A stretch of 48,884 nucleotides of DNA from a virus: positions 1 to 48,884 of the IMG/VR virus record IMGVR_UViG_3300045988_153650; one strand, 5' to 3'. Below the pieces are notes generated by a model, which saw only the letters and a program-made list of their open reading frames with translations, did no database searches and had not been told where the DNA came from. Shown here in pieces: positions 27,754-35,127 of this stretch. The position numbers and the translations under genes were made by a program. Each line of letters begins with the position of its first letter. The first letter of the stretch is position 1.

Positions 27754-27927
27754 TTAGTTTGACTTGCATACGCAACATCTATCATATTCAAATCTTTGAT
27801 GCTTACCACAAGATCTACAATATTGGAAATTATTATTATAACTACTATGACTATAAAAATTGTCTTGGTGATTTCTTTCCCAGTATGAGCCTTTTTCTTC
27901 CTTATCTTGATTAAATATATTAAACAT
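27754..27927 (-). CDS. Small zinc-ribbon-like protein (57 aa)
   Basis: CRSCGK...CCVCK; ATG after GGTGG; competes with the overlapping 119-aa track ORF. Confidence 0.4.
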   Translation of the reverse strand: MFNIFNQDKEEKGSYWERNHQDNFYSHSSYNNNFQYCRSCGKHQRFEYDRCCVCKSN

Positions 27928-28020
27928 ATAACCGACCACCCTTTAAAATCTAATTTAAAAGGTATTATGGGCATATCTGAATATATTTATACATTAAAAT
28001 GTTTAAATAAAATGATATTT

Positions 28021-28182
28021 TTATTCATATATTTTATCTAATATATCTTCACATATTAAATCACATATTTCTCCTGCTCTTTCTTGTAGTTCATGTTCAG
28101 ATACTAATTTACCAATTTCATCTTCCCATCTTATACAAACATAGCCTTCACTATCTAATAAAATCTTACCTAAAACTTCCAT
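28021..28182 (-). CDS. Hypothetical acidic protein (53 aa)
   Basis: Internal ATG preceded by GGAGGAAGG; the longer track ORF overlaps the upstream gene. Confidence 0.5.
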   Translation of the reverse strand: MEVLGKILLDSEGYVCIRWEDEIGKLVSEHELQERAGEICDLICEDILDKIYE

Positions 28183-28207
28183 ACCTTCCTCCAATAAAAG
28201 AATTATT

Positions 28208-28525
28208 TTATTCAATTTCCCTATGGATTTCAAATTCCTCATAAACACTCCAATGATATTGTCTATCCTCATTATTTTCAATGCCCTTTTCATTGCAACC
28301 ATATAAGACCATATATTCTTTTTTAATACCTTTATATATAAAATATCTAATTTGGTTATTTAATTTATCTTTTATAATATCTCCATATTGGAAGGGAAGT
28401 TTTTGAAATATTGTATCATCAATATATTCTTGGTACTCTTCTTGTATCGGTCTTATTTCTTCATCCCTTAATCTTTTAAATTTATAAATTTCATTGCAAA
28501 GTTCATCTTTATCTAATTTGCACAT
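28208..28525 (-). CDS. Hypothetical protein (105 aa)
   Basis: AGGAGG RBS. Confidence 0.65.
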   Translation of the reverse strand: MCKLDKDELCNEIYKFKRLRDEEIRPIQEEYQEYIDDTIFQKLPFQYGDIIKDKLNNQIRYFIYKGIKKEYMVLYGCNEKGIENNEDRQYHWSVYEEFEIHREIE

Positions 28526-28562
28526 ACCTTCAACCTCCTTATTAAATAAAAATTATATTTCA

Positions 28563-28703
28563 CTAAAAACACATACTTTTACATTTACAGCTATAACAAT
28601 TATGACCTTCTTGATTGTCACAATGACATTCTTTTTCTTTATCCGCATCCATACCACATTGTACATAACAACACTTACCACACTCTGTATTCACTATATC
28701 CAT
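28563..28703 (-). CDS. Cys-rich mini-protein (46 aa, 10 Cys)
   Basis: MDIVNTECGKCCYVQCGMDADKEKECHCDNQEGHNCYSCKCKSMCF; AAAGGAG RBS. Confidence 0.55.
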   Translation of the reverse strand: MDIVNTECGKCCYVQCGMDADKEKECHCDNQEGHNCYSCKCKSMCF

Positions 28704-28736
28704 TACATTCTCCTTTCTGAATAAAACTATTTTATG

Positions 28737-28913
28737 TTATTTACTTCTCTTATCTTCAAAACTAAATGGATTTATTACTTTCCACCTTGAAATGTGTTCG
28801 TCTGTATCTAAACATCTTTGTTGACAACCACATTCACAATTTACGTCAAGCCCTTTTTTGAGTTCTTTTATAGCTATTATTTTCTTGCAATTTAAACATT
28901 GTATCTTTTCCAT
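28737..28913 (-). CDS. Zinc-ribbon mini-protein (58 aa)
   Basis: CLNC...CECGC..C; AGGAGG RBS. Confidence 0.55.
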   Translation of the reverse strand: MEKIQCLNCKKIIAIKELKKGLDVNCECGCQQRCLDTDEHISRWKVINPFSFEDKRSK

Positions 28914-28990
28914 ATTTCTTTATTTCCTCCTTAAATCTAATATAAATTTCATAAGTTCGCTTCCTTTAAAATTTTGATTTTGTTTATATT

Positions 28991-29119
28991 TCATTTACAA
29001 TTATTCTTGCACTTCCAAGCTGTATGCCAAGCATCAAAGAATCCGAAGAGTCCGCCAGTTTTTATAAATCCTACAAACCTCAAACTACTTCCACACTTAC
29101 TACATCTTTCTTTCCACAT
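28991..29119 (-). CDS. Mini-protein (42 aa)
   Basis: CSKCG...CKNNC; AGGAG RBS. Confidence 0.45.
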   Translation of the reverse strand: MWKERCSKCGSSLRFVGFIKTGGLFGFFDAWHTAWKCKNNCK

Positions 29120-29151
29120 AATATCTCCTAAAATCTAAATAAAAGAATTAT

Positions 29152-29328
29152 TTATTCATAATTTATTCTTTTTAAATAATCTTCAATTTTCTCATATCCC
29201 CTACAAGAATCTCTATAAGTATTAATTATCATGGTATCACATCTTTTACACACTAGGACTGGTGCTCCATTAATTTTTACATCTTCATTATGAATACAAG
29301 TTGTATCATCACATAATATTTTTTTCAT
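29152..29328 (-). CDS. Zinc-ribbon mini-protein (58 aa)
   Basis: CDDTTC...CKRC; AAGGAGAAAG RBS. Confidence 0.55.
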   Translation of the reverse strand: MKKILCDDTTCIHNEDVKINGAPVLVCKRCDTMIINTYRDSCRGYEKIEDYLKRINYE

Positions 29329-29349
29329 CTCTTTCTCCTTAAATAAAAA

Positions 29350-29526
29350 TTATATTTTATCTTTCTCAATAACTATCTTTCCTTCTGATTCAGTTATTTT
29401 TATTTGTCTATCTTCTATGCTAATACCTAACGTTTCAATAACCCAACTTGGCAAACTTAATTTGTAAATGTAAGAGTTTGGTCTATCTTTAACCTTCTGT
29501 ATGCTTATATTTCTAATTGTTTCCAT
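29350..29526 (-). CDS. AbrB/MazE/SpoVT-type swapped-hairpin DNA-binding protein (58 aa)
   Basis: YIYKLSLPSWVIETLGISIEDRQIKITESEGKIVIEK pattern; AGGAGGGA RBS. Confidence 0.6.
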   Translation of the reverse strand: METIRNISIQKVKDRPNSYIYKLSLPSWVIETLGISIEDRQIKITESEGKIVIEKDKI

Positions 29527-29580
29527 AGTCCCTCCTATCTAATCAGTAAAGGCTTTTTATAGTGAGCCACCACTTTTGTA

Positions 29581-29742
29581 TTAAACTCTTTCTATTCTTG
29601 TTATAGTCCATTCTTTATTTTGATTATCCCATTGTTCAAAATTTTCTCTAGCTTCTTCTTTAGTGTTACAAGTTACTGTGCAGTTGAATTCTTCCCCAAC
29701 TTTATTTCCTCTTTTTCTGTAATAAACATTGTATTCTCTCAT
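29581..29742 (-). CDS. Hypothetical protein (53 aa)
   Basis: AGGAAGG RBS; first gene after the 29.8-kb promoter. Confidence 0.5.
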   Translation of the reverse strand: MREYNVYYRKRGNKVGEEFNCTVTCNTKEEARENFEQWDNQNKEWTITRIERV

Positions 29743-29786
29743 TCTTAATACCTTCCTTTTCTCTTTTATTTAACTTCCTTAATTAT

Positions 29787-29815
29787 ATTATATCTCGTTA
29801 GTACCTAACTGTCAA
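29787..29815 (-). promoter_or_regulatory. Consensus sigma-A promoter TTGACA-17-TATAAT with operator GTTAGGTACTAAC in the spacer
   Basis: Minus strand reads ttgaca gttaggtactaacgaga tataat. Confidence 0.75.
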
Positions 29816-29838
29816 TACTTATATTATTGTTTTTATTT

Positions 29839-30318
29839 CTATATTGCATTTATATCGTTTAAATGTTGCTCAAAGCTTAAGTGATTAGCATAAACTTCTT
29901 TTATAGCTTCTATTCTTCTGTTAAGTCTTTTAAGTTCTTTTTCTTCTTCTTTTTTGAATATAGCTTGTAATTCACTATTTGTTTCTACTCTTGCATCTTT
30001 AGTTGCTCCAAGTTTTTTATTTGCTTTTCTGTCAGCTATGTATATATATCTATTTATTAAAAAACAATTACTTGAATGTCTGTTATTAACTAATATTTCT
30101 TTTCCGTTCATTATTAAAGTTTTTACTGTTCTTCCTTCTCCCATTTCAACTTTAACATCTGTTCCTCTACTTGTTCTATATTCTATCATTTTATTTTCTC
30201 CTTTTCTTATTAGAGAATGTGCTAATGATAATGCTAATCTGAAAGTTGCTTTATAGCTATCACCTTTTCTTATTATTTTTTTAGTTATTTCATGTGCTTT
30301 CTTCATAACATTTCTCAT
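29839..30318 (-). CDS. Hypothetical protein (159 aa)
   Basis: AGGAGG RBS 8 nt upstream; MKKAHEITKKIIRKGDSYKATFRLALSLAHS N-terminus resembles proteins common on Firmicutes mobile elements. Confidence 0.7.
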   Translation of the reverse strand: MRNVMKKAHEITKKIIRKGDSYKATFRLALSLAHSLIRKGENKMIEYRTSRGTDVKVEMGEGRTVKTLIMNGKEILVNNRHSSNCFLINRYIYIADRKANKKLGATKDARVETNSELQAIFKKEEEKELKRLNRRIEAIKEVYANHLSFEQHLNDINAI

Positions 30319-30355
30319 TTTTATATCCTCCTTATTTATTAATTATTATACTTTA

Positions 30356-30384
30356 ATTATATGTTAGTAACTAACAAAAGTCAA
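30356..30384 (-). promoter_or_regulatory. Near-consensus promoter TTGACT-17-TATAAT with operator GTTAGTTACTAAC in the spacer
   Basis: Minus strand reads ttgact tttgttagttactaaca tataat. Confidence 0.75.
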
Positions 30385-30407
30385 CTATATTTATAAACTT
30401 TTTTTAA

Positions 30408-30539
30408 TTATTCTTCTATTACTATTGCAATTATTTCTTTGTTTTGGTCAATTATAACTTTTTTACCTTCTACTAAATGCCATTTCCAATAGTTTGGTAC
30501 TTCTATTATTTTATCATTTTCAAGTAATTTTATTTTCAT
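30408..30539 (-). CDS. Hypothetical protein (43 aa)
   Basis: AAAGGAGAA RBS; first leftward ORF next to the origin region. Confidence 0.45.
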   Translation of the reverse strand: MKIKLLENDKIIEVPNYWKWHLVEGKKVIIDQNKEIIAIVIEE

Positions 30540-30616
30540 ATTTTCTCCTTTGTGGTATGAGTTGCTTAACTCTACTAGGTTCTTGTAAAATTATTCCAAT
30601 TATATTGTATATGAGT

Positions 30617-30643
30617 TTATCCACAATATCCACATAATCCACA
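30617..30643 (+). promoter_or_regulatory. Three head-to-tail DnaA-box-like 9-mers (TTATCCACA, ATATCCACA, TAATCCACA)
   Basis: The first matches the consensus TTATNCACA exactly; the other two have one mismatch each. Confidence 0.7.
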
Positions 30644-30684
30644 AATATTGTTTATAGCTTAAACCGTTGAAAATACTGCACACG

Positions 30685-30790
30685 TTCCGTGGAATTGACG
30701 GTATAAGTGAAAATATAATACCCACACATTCCGTGGAATTGACGGGGTACATTCCGTGGAATTGACGGGGTACATTCCGTGGAATTGAAC
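30685..30790 (+). repeat. Four direct iterons TTCCGTGGAATTGA(C/A) (30685, 30729, 30752, 30775); the last three are phased at exactly 23 bp
   Basis: Read directly; located in the divergent intergenic region. Confidence 0.9.
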
Positions 30791-30799
30791 AAAGATAGA

Positions 30800-30868
30800 T
30801 AAGTTATTATAGTGAAGTTATTATAGATATATATATATATAATAAAAAAATAACTTTTAATAAAAAAC
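30800..30868. other. AT-rich tract with (AT)7 and A-runs (candidate DNA unwinding element)
   Basis: agatatatatatatatataataaaaaaataacttttaataaaaaac. Confidence 0.5.
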
Positions 30869-30869
30869 A

Positions 30870-30898
30870 TTTACATATTTTATTTGATAGTGTATAAT
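30870..30898 (+). promoter_or_regulatory. Promoter TTTACA-17-TATAAT driving the Rep-like ORFs
   Basis: tttaca tattttatttgatagtg tataat. Confidence 0.65.
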
Positions 30899-30928
30899 AA
30901 TATTAACAAACAAATAAGGAGGTTAAAA

Positions 30929-31264
30929 ATGAATATCAATTTTGAAATGGCTATAAGTAATAATATTGATGTAAAAGATATAACTCTTATAAGTTACTTA
31001 TCTTTAATATCAGAAAAAGAAAAATTAGGTGAAGAATTTGAGTTTGCATATAGTAGAATAATAAATGATTTGTCTATAATATTTAACAGTAAAAGTTATG
31101 AAGCTAATTCTGTTAAACTTAGAAGAATGTTAGATAAAGAAGGTATGAAGAAATTTATAACAAGGGAAATCTTAAAAAAGGGTAGAGAATTTGGAACTGT
31201 TGTTTTATTTAAGCTTAATAAATCAAATATAGAGAAACTTAATGTAAAAGGAATAGTAAAGTAA
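30929..31264 (+). CDS. Putative winged-helix DNA-binding protein (111 aa)
   Basis: ATG after AAGGAGG; the track TTG start at 30884 is unlikely. Confidence 0.6.
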   Translation: MNINFEMAISNNIDVKDITLISYLSLISEKEKLGEEFEFAYSRIINDLSIIFNSKSYEANSVKLRRMLDKEGMKKFITREILKKGREFGTVVLFKLNKSNIEKLNVKGIVK

Positions 31265-31281
31265 TAAAGGGGGATAACTAA

Positions 31282-32166
31282 ATGAAATATATACACGGTT
31301 TTTTAAGTAGCAGATTGAAAGAGGAAAAAATAAGCCATGATGAAAGCTTAGTTATAAGATATTTATTAAACTTTATAAATAGTAACAAGATGGAAAAGGT
31401 GCTTGTAAATGGTGAATTTTATTATTGGGTAAAATATGAAAAAGTAGCTACAGATTTAGAAATATTAGGAGTTAAAAAACAAGCTATAAGCGATATGTTA
31501 ATTTATGATTTAGGAGAAAAACCAAGTGATTGGGAAGAAAGGCTTAACTCAATGAAAGAAAGTAGCAGAAAGAAAAAGATGAAATCTAAATTTATAGGAA
31601 TATTTAAAAGATATACTAAAAAAGATGCAGAAGGCACTAAATCTTATTTTGCCCCTACTGAAAAATTATATTCACTTCTTCCAAGCATAACGGAAGATGA
31701 TGAAGATATGAAAAATAAAAAAGCCCCTACTTTGCCACAAGTAGAAGCCGAAGAAATCAAACCTAATAAAAGTATATGCAATTCTGATATAAATAATACT
31801 TCATTTGATGAAAAAAATCAATGTAAAAAAGTAGAAAGTGAAGTAGTGAAAATTATAAATAAAAGTTGTGTAAATATTAGAAAGCAAGATTTAAAAGATT
31901 GTGAAGAAGAATTTACTGATATAGATAAATTAAAAGAAGCTTTAAGTATATGCGAGAAAAATAATTCTCATGGTATTAAATCATTAAGAATGGCTTATAA
32001 GTACGGGAATAGAAATAATGATAATGTGATTAAAAAACAAGGAACTTTATTTATGGCCGATAGTAAAGTTATTGTAGATGGAAAATTAAAAAGTGTATCT
32101 GATATGACAGATGAAGAAATTGAGCAAAAGATTCGAGAAAAATGGGGAAGAAACTTTGTAGGTTAA
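31282..32166 (+). CDS. Putative plasmid-type replication initiator (RepA_N-like N-terminus)
   Basis: ISHDESLVIRYLLNFINSNKMEKVLVNGEFYYWVKYEKVATDLEILGVKKQAISDML resembles the RepA_N pattern; adjacent to the iterons. Confidence 0.5.
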   Translation: MKYIHGFLSSRLKEEKISHDESLVIRYLLNFINSNKMEKVLVNGEFYYWVKYEKVATDLEILGVKKQAISDMLIYDLGEKPSDWEERLNSMKESSRKKKMKSKFIGIFKRYTKKDAEGTKSYFAPTEKLYSLLPSITEDDEDMKNKKAPTLPQVEAEEIKPNKSICNSDINNTSFDEKNQCKKVESEVVKIINKSCVNIRKQDLKDCEEEFTDIDKLKEALSICEKNNSHGIKSLRMAYKYGNRNNDNVIKKQGTLFMADSKVIVDGKLKSVSDMTDEEIEQKIREKWGRNFVG

Positions 32167-32193
32167 TTTGATAACTAAAGGAGATATTTAAAT

Positions 32194-32640
32194 ATGGAAA
32201 ATTTTATAAATGAATTTAAAACTTATTGCGAAACAGTAGAAAATACAACTGCACTTGAAAAGATTAAGCAACATTACTTTGATTATATGCTTGATCTTGA
32301 AACTTTTGTAGATGATCACATTGAAATAAATTTATCTAAAGCTAGTAACAAAGATATTATAGATGAAGCTAATAGACTAAGTGTGATTTTGAAATCTTTA
32401 ATTAAAACTGCTAGTTGTATAAATAATATTGATGCTAGAGATGTTTACTTATTATTTTACGAAGATAGTAAATTCCATATAAAAGAAGTATTTGATGAAG
32501 TTATGCAATCTTGTTATTCACAACTATATAAAAAAGTATATCCAAATGAAATAGATTTATATAAGTATGAGCTAGAAGAAAGTGATTTGCCTAAATGGTA
32601 CATTGATTTATGCAATATATTAGATAAGTACGGCATATAA
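32194..32640 (+). CDS. Hypothetical protein
   Basis: 148-aa ORF with AAGGAG RBS. Confidence 0.65.
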   Translation: MENFINEFKTYCETVENTTALEKIKQHYFDYMLDLETFVDDHIEINLSKASNKDIIDEANRLSVILKSLIKTASCINNIDARDVYLLFYEDSKFHIKEVFDEVMQSCYSQLYKKVYPNEIDLYKYELEESDLPKWYIDLCNILDKYGI

Positions 32641-32734
32641 TAAAAACGAATTTAAAAGGCATTGAGAGAGGTTTTAAGCTTCTCTTGATGTAAATATAAC
32701 AAGGGATAAAATATCAAAATAAGAGGGGATAAAA

Positions 32735-33316
32735 TTGAATACGGAAGCTAAAAGAACAAGGAAAAAATGGACTAAAGAAGAAGATAATTTTCTAGTTGAG
32801 AATTGGGGAAAAATTAAAATAGATAATTTATGTAAAAGACTAGGTAGGACTAAAAGAGCAGTAGAAGAAAGAGCATATAACACTTTAAGATTAGGGCATC
32901 AAGCTCAATGGTACACTTTATTAGAAATTCAACATATAACTGGGATAAACAAAGATACTATAAGGAAAAGAATTGTTAAGACTAATTTTAAGTGTATGAG
33001 AGCAAGAACTAAGCAAAAGCCTTATATGCTTGATGAAGTTCAACTTAAAAAGTTTCTAAAAGAAAATCAAGATTTATGGCATACAAAAAATCTAACTATA
33101 AATATTTTTAGCAATGAAAAATGGTATTTAGAAAAAGTTGAAGCTGATAAGTTTAAGACTAATAAATACAATAAAGCTTGGTCAGAGTATGAAGATAATA
33201 TAATGCTTGATAGATTGAGTAGGGGATTTACTTATGAAGATATAGCTAAGGAACTTAACAGAACTACAGAAGGTGTCTTTGGTAGGCATAAATATAAATA
33301 CAGATTAAAATTATAG
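32735..33316 (+). CDS. Protein with two Myb/SANT-like (RsfA-like) HTH domains
   Basis: KKWTKEEDNFLVENWG...GRTKRAVEERA and KAWSEYEDNIMLDRLSRG...NRTTEGVFGRHKY; TTG start after GAGGGG. Confidence 0.5.
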   Translation: MNTEAKRTRKKWTKEEDNFLVENWGKIKIDNLCKRLGRTKRAVEERAYNTLRLGHQAQWYTLLEIQHITGINKDTIRKRIVKTNFKCMRARTKQKPYMLDEVQLKKFLKENQDLWHTKNLTINIFSNEKWYLEKVEADKFKTNKYNKAWSEYEDNIMLDRLSRGFTYEDIAKELNRTTEGVFGRHKYKYRLKL

Positions 33317-33364
33317 GGGGATAGCAACAGTTAAAATAAATCTATAAAAATATAAAAGAACCTA

Positions 33365-33526
33365 CTATTTTTTAGTAGATTCTAATAATTCATATATAGC
33401 CTTATCTAATAACTTAGATATAGGTATCATACTTTCCTTTGAATATTGTTGTAGTTGTTCCCAAAGTTTAGTATCAATTGCATTTGATATTCTTGTTCTA
33501 GTTTTTAATTTATATTTATCACTCAT
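33365..33526 (-). CDS. Ribbon-helix-helix (CopG/Arc-like) protein (53 aa), divergent from tnpB
   Basis: TRTRISNAIDTKLWEQLQQYSKESMIPISKLLDKAIYELLE; GAGGTGA RBS; hairpin plus T-run after the stop. Confidence 0.55.
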   Translation of the reverse strand: MSDKYKLKTRTRISNAIDTKLWEQLQQYSKESMIPISKLLDKAIYELLESTKK

Positions 33527-33568
33527 TTATAATCACCTCAATTTAATCATACTACATCAAGTAACTAC

Positions 33569-33597
33569 TTGCAAGTGCTTTAAGTTTGTGTTATAAT
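33569..33597 (+). promoter_or_regulatory. Promoter TTGCAA-17-TATAAT (extended TGt) upstream of tnpB
   Basis: ttgcaa gtgctttaagtttgtgt tataat. Confidence 0.65.
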
Positions 33598-33614
33598 TAA
33601 ATTAAGAAAGTGAG

Positions 33615-34760
33615 GTGATAAAAATAAAGGGTTTTACAATAAGATTATATCCAACTAAAGAACAAGAAGAACTAATGCGAAAGCATATAGGTTGTCAGAG
33701 ATATGTTTATAATTGGGCATTAGCTTTAAATAATGAATTATACAAACAAGAAGGTAAAAAGTATAGTGCAACTGAATTAGGAAAAATACTAACTCAATAT
33801 AAAAAAGAGGTAAAATGGCTTAATGAAGTTTCAAATGCTACATTGAAAGAAGCTATTAGAAATTTAGATAAGGCTTATACTAATTTTTATAAGAAAAAAG
33901 CTAAACTACCTAAATTTAAAAGTAAGAAAACACATAATAATACTTTTTATAGTAGATATGACAAAATAAAATTCTATGAAAATGATACTGTAAACTTAGA
34001 AAAAATAGGTAAGGTTGAATGTAAATCAAGTTATGATATAGATTTTACTAATGTAGCTAAATTCTCTAATCCTAATGTTACTTTTAATGGTAGATGTTGG
34101 GTACTTACATTTAGTATAGATATTGAAAATGAGTATATTGAATTAACTGATAAAGTGTTAGGAATAGATTTAGGAATTAAGCAGTTAGCAATAGTTAACG
34201 AGGAAGGTCTAGATATACCTAATATCAATAAAACTAAAAAAGTTATAGATTTAGAAAAGAAATTAAAGAGATTGCAAAGACAATGTTCAAGAAAATATGA
34301 AAATAATAAGATAGGGGGATATTACCAAAAAACTAAGAACATTGCAAAACTTGAATTAAAGATTAAAAAACTTCATAGAAAACTTAAAAATATTAGATTA
34401 AATCATATTCATCAAGCTACTACTAAGATAGTGAAAATCAAACCGTCTATGATAGTAATGGAGGATTTGAAAGTATCTAATATGATGAAAAATAGACATT
34501 TAGCTAAATCAATTCAACAACAAGGTTTTTACACATTCATAGAACAAATGAGATATAAATGTGAATGGAATGGTATTAAATTCGTTCAAGTTCCAACATT
34601 TTATCCTTCAAGTAAAATGTGTAGTTGTTGTGGCAATATCAAAAAAGATTTAAAGCTATCAGATAGAGTTTATAAATGTGATAATTGTAATTCTATATTT
34701 GATAGAGATAAAAATGCTAGTCAAAATTTAGTTAATTATGGGTTAGAAATATCACTTTAA
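33615..34760 (+). CDS. tnpB: TnpB (IS200/IS605-family OrfB, RuvC-like RNA-guided nuclease)
   Basis: FTIRLYPTKEQ N-terminus; RuvC D (GIDLGIK), E (VMEDLKV), D (FDRDKNAS); zinc finger CSCCGN...CDNCNS. Confidence 0.9.
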   Translation: MIKIKGFTIRLYPTKEQEELMRKHIGCQRYVYNWALALNNELYKQEGKKYSATELGKILTQYKKEVKWLNEVSNATLKEAIRNLDKAYTNFYKKKAKLPKFKSKKTHNNTFYSRYDKIKFYENDTVNLEKIGKVECKSSYDIDFTNVAKFSNPNVTFNGRCWVLTFSIDIENEYIELTDKVLGIDLGIKQLAIVNEEGLDIPNINKTKKVIDLEKKLKRLQRQCSRKYENNKIGGYYQKTKNIAKLELKIKKLHRKLKNIRLNHIHQATTKIVKIKPSMIVMEDLKVSNMMKNRHLAKSIQQQGFYTFIEQMRYKCEWNGIKFVQVPTFYPSSKMCSCCGNIKKDLKLSDRVYKCDNCNSIFDRDKNASQNLVNYGLEISL

Positions 34761-34885
34761 AGATATTCTAATTTGGGTATTCGTTACAACCCACACCAAT
34801 AGGTACAAAGTCTATGGAGTGTTATATCAAACGAAAGTAGCTAAGGCGAAATCGGACACTGTGAAGTAGAAAAGAAACGAAAATC
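34700..34885 (+). ncRNA. Candidate TnpB omega RNA (reRNA) scaffold; boundaries approximate
   Basis: Locally GC-richer, stem-rich noncoding tail right after the tnpB stop (gggtattcgttacaacccacaccaataggtac...ggagtgt...gacactgtgaag). Confidence 0.45.
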
Positions 34886-34929
34886 TTTAATTTATATATT
34901 TTTATAGATTTTTGGTAACGGAAGATGTG

Positions 34930-35097
34930 ATGATTAGAATATTTGATGATAATAAACATATATGCGAATGTTGTGATAATGATAGTATTATACTTATAGA
35001 TTTTACAGAAGATACTAAGCCACATGATTTAGGGAATAGAGTATATCTTTGTAAGGAGCATAAAGAAAAGTTAATAGATTTATTATTGCCGTTTTAA
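34930..35097 (+). CDS. Small Cys-containing protein (55 aa)
   Basis: ATG after GGAAG; HICECC...CKEH. Confidence 0.5.
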   Translation: MIRIFDDNKHICECCDNDSIILIDFTEDTKPHDLGNRVYLCKEHKEKLIDLLLPF

Positions 35098-35127
35098 ATT
35101 TAAATAAAATCAAAATTTTAAGGGAAG

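Larger units (their letters stand above)
33530..34885 (+). mobile_element. TnpB-only IS605-family (IS1341-like) element or its domesticated remnant; ends not defined
   Basis: tnpB plus structured 3' tail; no tnpA present. Confidence 0.5.

Noticed and set aside
27615-27974. 119-aa minus-strand track ORF
   Set aside because: It has no RBS and a poly-Ile/Val low-complexity core. It overlaps the better-supported zinc-ribbon ORF 27754-27927. A short 3' piece (27615-27785, starting MIDVAYASQ...) might be real but lacks an RBS, so it is not reported.
30685-30790. Possible CRISPR array (regularly spaced direct repeats)
   Set aside because: There are only four copies. Three are contiguous at 23-bp phasing with no unique spacers, and no cas genes are present. 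The arrangement fits iterons or operators instead.
30652-30870. 72-aa minus-strand track ORF across the divergent intergenic region
   Set aside because: It is made up of the DnaA boxes, the 23-bp iterons and the (AT)n tract. Its repetitive translation (NSTECTPSIPRNVPRQFHGM...) is a by-product of the repeats.
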